IMG/VR virus record: IMGVR_UViG_3300047561_001367
Coordinates: 1 to 64,000 of that record
Source: a virus
Taxonomy: Duplodnaviria; Caudoviricetes
Direction: 5' to 3' (one strand)
DNA: 64,000 nt
The notes under the pieces: model-generated
What the model was told of the DNA's origin: nothing
Seen by the model: the letters and a program-made list of their open reading frames with translations, nothing else
Database searches by the model: none
Part shown: one piece after another, positions 5,967 to 14,389 of the stretch
How positions within the stretch are numbered: position 1 is the stretch's first letter
Layout: every line of letters begins with the position of its first letter
Position numbers and translations under genes: made by a program

Positions 5967-6756
5967 TAGTATTTTTACCATTGGCTATTAGCGCATTTTT
6001 ACTTCTCATTGCGTGAACAATCGCGGGTTTCACAAGATATTTTTCATAGGTCATATATGATACTGACTCCCACTCTTTATCGACTGGTAAAACATTTTTA
6101 AAAACTTCAGTCCAATCGCTACACCAATAATTTGAGAATCTTTCGATGAATCTATTAGAATTATCAGACTCTACTAAATTTGACAAGTACCCTATAGACA
6201 CTTCTTCTGGAACAGTATATCCATAATTTTTTAATTCATTATGAAAGTCATAAGCTAACTCACAAGCTTTATTTATAAAACTCTTATGGCATACCCAAAA
6301 GCCACCATTTGTATTTCGAATCTCTTTTGCTGTAACACCTTTATATCTCATCATTAGTGATAAAAAATTATTAGGAATGCCCCACCAATCTCCGCGTTTT
6401 GTTTTCGGAGTGTTAATAGGACTCTCTAAAAACGAGTGCCAAACTGATCCGCGCATTACTTCTTCGATTGTTATTTCGGGATGCCTAACAAAAAAATGAT
6501 CAGAGTCTATGAAAACAAAATAATCATAGTCTAATTTACTCATTTGCTTTTGTAAGTATTCGAATTTAAAAAATTGTAACCTATCTAATTCTATAGAGTT
6601 GTCTAATCTATGGTTTATGCAATTATTTATTGGTTTTTCCGTAAACGTAATAAAGTCTTCAGTAACTCCAACCTTAATAGCAGAATTAACTAGCGATTGA
6701 CACATATGATCGTAATCACCCCATGAAATAGACCAGTAACAAAATTTTTTATTCAT
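5956..6756 (-). CDS. GT-A-like glycosyltransferase
   Basis: YDYFVFIDSD (DxD), NGGFW, EE and IVH motifs; promoter TTGATT-17-TATAAT-6-ATG. Confidence 0.65.
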   Translation of the reverse strand: MNKKFCYWSISWGDYDHMCQSLVNSAIKVGVTEDFITFTEKPINNCINHRLDNSIELDRLQFFKFEYLQKQMSKLDYDYFVFIDSDHFFVRHPEITIEEVMRGSVWHSFLESPINTPKTKRGDWWGIPNNFLSLMMRYKGVTAKEIRNTNGGFWVCHKSFINKACELAYDFHNELKNYGYTVPEEVSIGYLSNLVESDNSNRFIERFSNYWCSDWTEVFKNVLPVDKEWESVSYMTYEKYLVKPAIVHAMRSKNALIANGKNTISM

Positions 6757-6797
6757 AATTTAAATTATACATACATTTACGATTTAATCAAGACCTT

Positions 6798-7823
6798 TTA
6801 TATCGTACTAAAAATATTATTCCAAATCTCCAACTGTTTTTCAGAATTGCACCAGAGATCTATAGACACCTCTCTGGCTAATTTACCAATCGCAATTCTT
6901 TCATCCGCATTCTGTTCTAGAAACTTTACATATTCTATACATTCCTCATAAGTGTCCCAAGTAAAACCACTTTTGCCATGTTGTATTTGATTTTTAAAAT
7001 TTTCTTTAGCTGGCGCGACTACTGGCAATCCAGTTAACATGGCTTCAATCGTGGCGCGACATTGTGTTTCTGTAAATGTCGGATGACAATTATAAACGTA
7101 ACAATCTAATGATTTTAAAAACTTAATAGTATCTTCTTGATTTTCTTTTAACAAGTCCCAATTACTATTAAACTCAAACCAGCGAAAATGTGATTTTATA
7201 TATTTATTAAAACCCATTACTCGATACTTTGGTCGTGTAATTTTTAAATTTTCATAAAAATTGGGAAAATCATCTGAAAATTTTAAAAGATCTGCGCGAC
7301 TGTGTTTTCCTATAACAAAATTTTCACGAATTGGTCGTTCTATATATTTATAGTTCTCTAAATAAAAATAATTCGGCACAATAAATTCTTTTACGTTTTT
7401 ACTCGCGTCTATGCTTATATCTTCGTAGTGTTTTTGGCTTGTATAAATCGCGGCGTCTATTAATTTATTATTTAAGCAACTAATTTCTTCATCAGTATGC
7501 CACATCATGTCATTAGACCAAATAAATTTAAGTCCTATTGATTTAATCCTATCAATTCTCCAACTTTCTGAAAAAATTCTAAAATTACTAAAAGCAATTC
7601 CAAAGCCCTCGGCTTTTTCTGGTAACTCTTCCCAAGACATGATCTTTACCCCATGACTTTCTAAAAAATCTCTATTGTTTTTTTCTTCTAGCCTAAAATT
7701 ATCATTAGGAATAGAATGCAGTTTATATTTTCCTGTTTTTGAGAGTAATTGTATTAACTCTTTCAAACGCGTATCTGCGCCGCCTAAATCAGATATCCAT
7801 TGGAAGAAGTATATATTAATCAC
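6798..7823 (-). CDS. GT-B glycosyltransferase (GT4/Glycos_transf_1-like)
   Basis: N-terminal GGAD; ETQCRATIEAMLTGLPVVA (ExFGxxxxEA-like). Confidence 0.85.
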   Translation of the reverse strand: MINIYFFQWISDLGGADTRLKELIQLLSKTGKYKLHSIPNDNFRLEEKNNRDFLESHGVKIMSWEELPEKAEGFGIAFSNFRIFSESWRIDRIKSIGLKFIWSNDMMWHTDEEISCLNNKLIDAAIYTSQKHYEDISIDASKNVKEFIVPNYFYLENYKYIERPIRENFVIGKHSRADLLKFSDDFPNFYENLKITRPKYRVMGFNKYIKSHFRWFEFNSNWDLLKENQEDTIKFLKSLDCYVYNCHPTFTETQCRATIEAMLTGLPVVAPAKENFKNQIQHGKSGFTWDTYEECIEYVKFLEQNADERIAIGKLAREVSIDLWCNSEKQLEIWNNIFSTI

Positions 7824-7829
7824 TATATA

Positions 7830-7857
7830 ATTATATTATTAGTTTTAAGATTGTCAA
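7830..7857 (-). promoter_or_regulatory. consensus sigma70 promoter, leaderless
   Basis: TTGACA-N16-TATAAT-N6-GTG. Confidence 0.8.
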
Positions 7858-7899
7858 TATAAACTTGGGTATTTTAGCGTATTAAATGTAATTATATAT

Positions 7900-8073
7900 A
7901 TGAAGTCGAGGTCGATACACGATAAAGTGTGTGCGCTTTGTAGTTATAAATTACCACTTGATAAATTTGCATATGATTTGCACGGAGAATCTGGATTTTC
8001 TATATATTGTAAGTTATGTGATAAAAGAATCACGCGAGAAAAGCGTAAAGTTCAAAAAAAACATCGTACATAA
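7900..8073 (+). CDS. small zinc-finger protein (57 aa)
   Basis: Hand translation gives MKSRSIHDKVCALCSYKLPLDKFAYDLHGESGFSIYCKLCDKRITREKRKVQKKHRT, with a CxxC..F..G..CKxC pattern. Confidence 0.7.
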   Translation: MKSRSIHDKVCALCSYKLPLDKFAYDLHGESGFSIYCKLCDKRITREKRKVQKKHRT

Positions 8074-8133
8074 ATTAAAAAGTGTCTACACTCTAAAAAG
8101 TGTAATTAATAGTAGTGTTAATTGTTCTCTAAC

Positions 8134-8865
8134 ATGAAAAAAAAACCTGAAAAAACCCGCGACGTTTCTCCATATGCGGAGAAGAAAAAAACAAAAGTAA
8201 CCATAGACCTGAGTATCCGTGAATTACCCTGGACAGATAAACAAAAAGAGTTTATTAGCCTTGCTTTGCACAAAGATACCAAAGTAATTATCTTAAAAGG
8301 TGTTGCTGGCACCGCCAAAACCATTTTGGCCGTTTATAGTGCCCTACGGCTTATTAAAGATAAAAAAGCCAGCGAAATATACTATAGCCGCGTTCCAGTA
8401 GAAGCCTCTGTTCATGGCATTGGTTACATTAAGGGTACATCTGAAGAAAAAATGTCACCATACACCCAACCATTGGTAGATAAATTAAATGAATTGTTAC
8501 CAGTGCCACACGTTAAGTCTTTAATGCTGGATGAAAGGATTATTGGCGTTCCATTGGGCTTTTTGCGCGGATTAAATATCTCTAATGCTACATTTATTAT
8601 GGATGAGGCGCAGAATTGCCGCGTAGAAGACTTCCTATTGGTTATGACTCGTATGGCTACGTTTTCTACACTGTTTATTTGTGGAGACGCCCAACAGTCC
8701 GACATTAAACAAAGTGGATTTTGTAAAGTATTTGATTTATTTGATAATGACGAATCAAAAGAGTCGGGAATCCATACTTTTGAGTTTGGAAAAGAGGATA
8801 TTGTTCGTTCCGAGATACTTTCCTACATTATAGAGAAATTTGAAAACTTAAAGAATAAAGTGTAA
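8134..8865 (+). CDS. phoH: PhoH-like ATPase
   Basis: GVAGTAKT Walker A variant, FLRG, IMDEAQN, TRM, GDAQQSD and DIVRS motifs. Confidence 0.95.
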   Translation: MKKKPEKTRDVSPYAEKKKTKVTIDLSIRELPWTDKQKEFISLALHKDTKVIILKGVAGTAKTILAVYSALRLIKDKKASEIYYSRVPVEASVHGIGYIKGTSEEKMSPYTQPLVDKLNELLPVPHVKSLMLDERIIGVPLGFLRGLNISNATFIMDEAQNCRVEDFLLVMTRMATFSTLFICGDAQQSDIKQSGFCKVFDLFDNDESKESGIHTFEFGKEDIVRSEILSYIIEKFENLKNKV

Positions 8866-8874
8866 TATTCTTTA

Positions 8875-10290
8875 ATGATCAGTTTAACGCCAAAAGGTAA
8901 TGCGACTATAACAAGTATAGATTGTGGGACACCATCCGCTCAAAGATTGGGTGGATCTATAGACATTTCGGGGTTTTCTAGTTTAACTGGTTTTTACTGT
9001 GTTGATCATGACATTAGTAGTTTTACTGGTAATGCCGCTTGTGGCACTAATTTAAAAAAACTAATATTAACTAGTAATTTACTTACAAAATTTCCAGATT
9101 TTACCGCTAATACAGCTTTAGAAGAGTTAAGACTTGATAATAATAACATTACTGGACGCACGCCGTCTTTGACTGCTTTGACTAATTTGGGCACTGGAAG
9201 ATTACAAGGGAACCCATTGTTAAGCGGCACATTACCAGACATAAGCTCATTAACAAAGTTATTATCTTTTTATACTATTGGTTGTAGTATGACCGGCAAT
9301 ATAGTTTTAAATACTGTAATACAAGATTATAGATGTGACAGTCAAAATGGATCTATAAAAATAGGTGGTATCATACCCGCTATCCCGCCTAGTCTTAAAA
9401 CCTTTTACGTATATAATAATAAGATTACAGGGTTTCTTCCAGACGTAAATAATACCACAACAGATTTTAGATGCTATAATAATTTAATCAGTGGCAGAAA
9501 TAAAAGCATAGCAAATGCTAGTACTTTAGCAACTTATTATATTTATAATAATCAAATATCCGGAGAAATATTTTTACCGACTTCAAGAACTGAATTAAGA
9601 AGCTATAATTGCGCGACCAATCTTATTACTGGATTTATACCATCAAATTTAAGCACTTATACAAAATTAAAAATTTTTGGATGTGAAGAAAATTTTCTTT
9701 CTGGCGTAATGCCAACCCTACCTACTACTATTGTAGATTTTAATTGTGGCAGTCAAAGTGGTATTATTAAAATAACTGGATTTATCCCACCATTATCCAC
9801 TTATACAGATTTACAAGTTTTTCATTGTGATCAAAATCAAGTCTCAGGATCTATTCCAAGTTTATCTTCTAATACGGCATTGACAGATTTTTTATGCCAC
9901 GGTAATTATATTACTGGATACGTACCGCCCCTAAGTACGCTTGTAAATTTAGATAGATTTAATTGTGGTAATAATTCATTAAGTGGGGTTATACCAGATT
10001 TATCTCAGAATACAAAATTAGCAACCTTTCGCGGTTATGGAAATAGTTTTACAGGCTACGCTGGAACCGTAGTCCCAAAGTCACTAACAAACTTTGCTTT
10101 AAATAGTAATTCTTTGCCACAATCTGAAGTAGATAAAATACTAATAGCTTTTCAAAATGCACAAGCTACTATCCCTCGTAATACTGGAGCTTTAGAGTTG
10201 GGTGGAGTGGGTAATGCAGCCCCAAGCGCCGCTGGAATAATTGCAAAAAATATTCTTACCAGTTACTTGTGGACAGTTAATACGAATTAA
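8875..10290 (+). CDS. leucine-rich repeat protein (plant-type LRR consensus)
   Basis: Repeats of LxxFxCxxNxLSGxIP. Confidence 0.85.
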   Translation: MISLTPKGNATITSIDCGTPSAQRLGGSIDISGFSSLTGFYCVDHDISSFTGNAACGTNLKKLILTSNLLTKFPDFTANTALEELRLDNNNITGRTPSLTALTNLGTGRLQGNPLLSGTLPDISSLTKLLSFYTIGCSMTGNIVLNTVIQDYRCDSQNGSIKIGGIIPAIPPSLKTFYVYNNKITGFLPDVNNTTTDFRCYNNLISGRNKSIANASTLATYYIYNNQISGEIFLPTSRTELRSYNCATNLITGFIPSNLSTYTKLKIFGCEENFLSGVMPTLPTTIVDFNCGSQSGIIKITGFIPPLSTYTDLQVFHCDQNQVSGSIPSLSSNTALTDFLCHGNYITGYVPPLSTLVNLDRFNCGNNSLSGVIPDLSQNTKLATFRGYGNSFTGYAGTVVPKSLTNFALNSNSLPQSEVDKILIAFQNAQATIPRNTGALELGGVGNAAPSAAGIIAKNILTSYLWTVNTN

Positions 10291-10292
10291 TT

Positions 10293-10571
10293 ATGATTAC
10301 AATATATACCAACCAAAATGTACCATCTAATGGTTACAACATGAATGCAAACACGCCAGACGTTTATAGTGACGATTCAGCATGGTGGATGATTTATAAC
10401 GCTGATGATAGTACTATTATTTTAGAACCCCGACAATCGTCGGGGTATAAAAACACACCTTTCACCATCGTCATATCAGACACCGAAGGAGAATTAAATA
10501 ATTACATTCAAACAAACAGTTTAATACTCAGTCGTAGTATTAGAAAAGACCTGGTAGAAGAAGAAACCTAA
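10293..10571 (+). CDS. hypothetical protein (92 aa)
   Basis: ORF track; coupled to the LRR gene. Confidence 0.75.
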   Translation: MITIYTNQNVPSNGYNMNANTPDVYSDDSAWWMIYNADDSTIILEPRQSSGYKNTPFTIVISDTEGELNNYIQTNSLILSRSIRKDLVEEET

Positions 10572-10572
10572 A

Positions 10573-11160
10573 TCAATTATACATATCCACGATTTCTTCG
10601 GGGATATCTAAATACATTTGTGTATTTTTTAATAATGTAGTAGGACAAATTCGTTGTACTTTTTTATATTTTCTATTATCATCTGGCCATTCATTATAAT
10701 TGTATAAAAAGGCATATTTATATAATATGCCATTAGCACTTTGCGCGTATTTTTTATGATCAAATAAATTATTATTTTTAATAATATTAACAGTGCGCTT
10801 TTCACAGTCTAATTCTAAATCCATAAGTGCTAATAGCTCTTTTTTATATTTTTGTGGCTTTAAAAGTAGATGACTATAAGTTATATCGTAATCGCAAAAT
10901 TTATTCCATATTTTTGTATCATCACGCCACTGCAAAAAATGCGAGTACTCATGAATAAGTACCCCGAACCATTCTTCGTCATCCAGGCCACCTTTCGCAA
11001 CTTTAATAATAGGATCTTCGTTGGCATTCATATAAAAAAGTCCTGAACATTTACTTTTCCCACCGCAGTAGCGACCTTTCACAAAAACAATTTTACCATC
11101 TAAATCTTCTAGATCTTCTTTGATGATTTTGAATACTTCCGAGTTTATAAACGACATCAT
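10573..11160 (-). CDS. HExxH zinc metallopeptidase-like protein
   Basis: LIHEYSHFLQ plus a downstream ELDCE. Confidence 0.7.
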   Translation of the reverse strand: MMSFINSEVFKIIKEDLEDLDGKIVFVKGRYCGGKSKCSGLFYMNANEDPIIKVAKGGLDDEEWFGVLIHEYSHFLQWRDDTKIWNKFCDYDITYSHLLLKPQKYKKELLALMDLELDCEKRTVNIIKNNNLFDHKKYAQSANGILYKYAFLYNYNEWPDDNRKYKKVQRICPTTLLKNTQMYLDIPEEIVDMYN

Positions 11161-11243
11161 TAGTAATTTACACTATAAAAATATAAAGAAGTTAATCAAA
11201 AGAGATTTTTGAATTTGTTGTGTAAATCAGTCATAATAAGTGT

Positions 11244-11639
11244 ATGAAATATTTTTGTTCTAAATGCGGGAAAACATCTTTATATAGTTTAGACTTACCG
11301 AAATTCTGTTCTTTTTGTGGGAAATCTTTTGCTAGCACCGTTCGGAAAACGCCAACTTCCGATTTATATAAAAATGAATTAAAATTAAAAGAAAACATAA
11401 ATGTTGATGACGATATATTATCAGATGATGAAAGTTATGTCAATATAGATTTTAAAAAAATTAAAGCTTCTTTTACTGTGGACGTATATAAACCTAAAGG
11501 CGAAACTTTCGGAAATTTATTAGATAATCCAGTAGAATCTACAGCAAATAATTTGGAAACAGTCTCCCAATCAAAATCTAAAGATGATATACTTCTTGAA
11601 TTTCAAAAAGAAGCTGGAATATCACGGTCTAATTCTTAA
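11244..11639 (+). CDS. zinc-ribbon protein
   Basis: FCSKCG...PKFCSFCG. Confidence 0.8.
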   Translation: MKYFCSKCGKTSLYSLDLPKFCSFCGKSFASTVRKTPTSDLYKNELKLKENINVDDDILSDDESYVNIDFKKIKASFTVDVYKPKGETFGNLLDNPVESTANNLETVSQSKSKDDILLEFQKEAGISRSNS

Positions 11640-11644
11640 TTATT

Positions 11645-12352
11645 ATGCCTAAGAAAAAAAAGGTAATTAGACCGACTTTTGAAGAGTCTATAGATATAGT
11701 CAACTCTGAAATACAAAAACGTAAACATCGGTGGCATTTAACGGCTATCGCTTGGATGGATTTCGAAGATGTTTCTCAGAGACTTAGAATTCATATTTAT
11801 AAAAAATGGGCGAAGTGGGATCAAGATCGTCCATTAAGACCTTGGCTAAATCAAGTTATTAATCATCAAATGACTAATATGCTTAGAAATCATTATTCTA
11901 ATTTTTCCAGACCATGTTTGAAATGTCCATTTAATACTGGCGATCAGGGCTGTAGTGTTTATGGAACACAAAATAATAGTTGTAAAGATTATAAAAAATG
12001 GGAGAAAAGCAAAAAGTCCGCATATGATATTAAATTTCCATTAAGTATACATAGTCCTAATCATGACAATCCAGAGACAACTTTAGAGAGTGTATTGCAA
12101 AGTACTGAAAGTAATTTAAATATAGAAGAAGTTCTACCAATATTTCACGAGTTAATGAAGAAGAATTTGAGTAATATCGAAGCCAAAGTTTATGAATACA
12201 TGTTTTTACAACATTTGGACGACTCAGATGTTGCTAAAAAAATGGGATATAAATTAAGTATAAAAGAGGGGCGGCCAGCTTATCGTCAAATTAGCAAGAT
12301 TAAATCTAGAATTTTACAAAAAGCGCGTGAATTAGTTAAGGAGGTTGTATGA
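11645..12352 (+). CDS. phage sigma70-family RNA polymerase sigma factor (candidate late sigma)
   Basis: Region 2-like DFEDVSQ..WD..RPLRPWL..VI.HQM.N.LRN; region 4 LS..E..V...FL......DVAKKMG; Cys4 insert. Confidence 0.8.
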   Translation: MPKKKKVIRPTFEESIDIVNSEIQKRKHRWHLTAIAWMDFEDVSQRLRIHIYKKWAKWDQDRPLRPWLNQVINHQMTNMLRNHYSNFSRPCLKCPFNTGDQGCSVYGTQNNSCKDYKKWEKSKKSAYDIKFPLSIHSPNHDNPETTLESVLQSTESNLNIEEVLPIFHELMKKNLSNIEAKVYEYMFLQHLDDSDVAKKMGYKLSIKEGRPAYRQISKIKSRILQKARELVKEVV

Positions 12353-13446
12353 GTGATTTAACTGAAGATCAGGGTAATAGAATAAGAGAGATTTTAAAGA
12401 AAAATCCCGAAGCAAGTATTTCTGAGATTACTACATATGCTTACGATAATCCATCTATAGATAGTCGTAGTAAAGAGGGGCGTGCGGTTAAAAAATTCCT
12501 ATTAGATAATAAAATTGAATATAAAAATCGTTCAGTATTTACTCGTGATCGTATAGAACTCACAAAAGAACAACTTGAATTTATAGAGAATAATTATAAA
12601 AATCAACATTACTTAGATATGGCGAAAATCTTATTTAAAAATAATGATTTAACCCATTTAAATTTAGAAGCTAGAGAAGTTAATAAATATGTAGAAACGC
12701 TTCAGAAAAAAGATCCTACAACTCTAGAAGTAACCACTTATGTTCCTAAAGAACGCAATAACCCACTTGGTGAGTACTTCCCACCGCGCAGATCTGATCA
12801 AACTTTATATAGAATTAATAGATATTTAAATTTGGGATGGGAATTAGAAAAATTAAAAGCTGTACAAATAAAACAAGTAGATACTTTACAAAGATATTTA
12901 AATACTTTTAGTTTTTGTTATCAAATTAATACTTATAGACGAGACGACGATAGAAAATTATTCGAAGATGCTTTTATTCGTTATACTTACGATAAAGATG
13001 ACCTAACTCAGGAGGAATTAGATCAATTTATTGTATTATGTACAGAAGTTGTTACTGCATCTACTATTCTTCAACAGGTCGAAGACTTACGGCAAACATT
13101 AAGACAGGCTAGTGAAGAGGAAGAGGGTCGTAATATTAAAATGCAACTTAACGAGGCTATCAGCAACTTACAAACTGAGTATAATCAGTGCCGTGGACGT
13201 CAGAATAAATTATATAAATCCCTTGTAGACGATAGATCTAAAAAGATACAAGAACGTAAGCAAGAGAACGCAAGTATTTTAAATTTAGTTCAGGCATGGA
13301 AAGACGAGGAGCGTAGAAAAAGTATTATTAATCTTGCAGAAGCTCAAAAACAAAATCTCGAAGGTGAAGCTAAACGCTTATCATCTATGGACGAATTAAA
13401 GGCAGTAATTCGTGGAATTGATATAGATGAAATGGTTCATAGCTAA
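12349..13446 (+). CDS. conserved hypothetical protein with C-terminal coiled coil (possible small terminase/DNA-binding protein)
   Basis: ORF track; ATGA overlap; lies upstream of terL. Function inferred only from position. Confidence 0.6.
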   Translation: MSDLTEDQGNRIREILKKNPEASISEITTYAYDNPSIDSRSKEGRAVKKFLLDNKIEYKNRSVFTRDRIELTKEQLEFIENNYKNQHYLDMAKILFKNNDLTHLNLEAREVNKYVETLQKKDPTTLEVTTYVPKERNNPLGEYFPPRRSDQTLYRINRYLNLGWELEKLKAVQIKQVDTLQRYLNTFSFCYQINTYRRDDDRKLFEDAFIRYTYDKDDLTQEELDQFIVLCTEVVTASTILQQVEDLRQTLRQASEEEEGRNIKMQLNEAISNLQTEYNQCRGRQNKLYKSLVDDRSKKIQERKQENASILNLVQAWKDEERRKSIINLAEAQKQNLEGEAKRLSSMDELKAVIRGIDIDEMVHS

Positions 13447-13456
13447 TATAATTAAT

Positions 13457-14389
13457 ATGGATAAGAATACAATGTATTTAAAATGTAAAGTCTGTGGAAA
13501 TGATTTCGATTTTTTCACAGAGCTAAAAGACCATTTAAGAAATTATCATAAAGTATCTGCCAAAACTTATTTTGAATCTAATTGGAGGCGTATTGACCGT
13601 TCGAATGGAGAGAAATTAGAATATAAAACATTCGATCAATATATTACTTGCGATTTTAAAGATAAAAAAAATTATAAAAGTTGGCTAAAAACTTTATCAA
13701 AAGAGGAATGCGGAGATTATTTTAAACATAAATTATTACAGTATTGTGATTTAAAAAAATTAGATTACGCTCCATGTCAAGCTGAATGTCAAACAGTTAA
13801 TTGTTTAATTCCTATTAGCAGCATGGAAGGATTTTCTGGATTGACTTACAATGAGATATGTAAATCAATAAATTTAAAAACAAGATTCGATTACACTAAA
13901 AAAGATATCGCTTTAACTCCTATTGACCAAATTATTATCGATACCAGAGAACAAAAGCCTTTTAAATTTAAAGATAAAATTATAATTGATTCTAAATTAG
14001 AATACGGGGATTATTCCGTCCATCCTAATAATAAATTGGCTGTAGAGCGCAAAAGTCTCGTTGATTTATTCGGTACTTTGAGTGGTGGGCGCGAAAGGTT
14101 TGAAAAAGAAATCCAACGTGCCCAAAAAATGAATGGTTATATTGTTGTGGTGGTCGAATCCACTTTAAATAATATGATGTATCAGAAACAAAAGTTTTCC
14201 AAGGCTTCTGGGGATTTTATTGCGCATAATATGCGCCAAATTTTAAGAAATTATAATAATATACAATTTGTATTTTGTGATGGACGTGAAGAGGCTCGCA
14301 ATAAAACAATTCATATATTAGAAATGAATGAAAATGCTTTTGATATAGATTTACAATATTATTTTGACACAACATGGCACTCATTGTAG
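13457..14389 (+). CDS. C2H2 zinc finger + ERCC4 (XPF/Mus81-like) nuclease
   Basis: CKVC...HLRNYH; IIDTREQ, GDY, VERKS..DL..TL..GR.RF..E motifs. Confidence 0.85.
   Translation: MDKNTMYLKCKVCGNDFDFFTELKDHLRNYHKVSAKTYFESNWRRIDRSNGEKLEYKTFDQYITCDFKDKKNYKSWLKTLSKEECGDYFKHKLLQYCDLKKLDYAPCQAECQTVNCLIPISSMEGFSGLTYNEICKSINLKTRFDYTKKDIALTPIDQIIIDTREQKPFKFKDKIIIDSKLEYGDYSVHPNNKLAVERKSLVDLFGTLSGGRERFEKEIQRAQKMNGYIVVVVESTLNNMMYQKQKFSKASGDFIAHNMRQILRNYNNIQFVFCDGREEARNKTIHILEMNENAFDIDLQYYFDTTWHSL

Noticed and set aside
8134-8865. phoH as a novelty
   Set aside because: It is a common gene in aquatic phages, so it is listed as a feature only.
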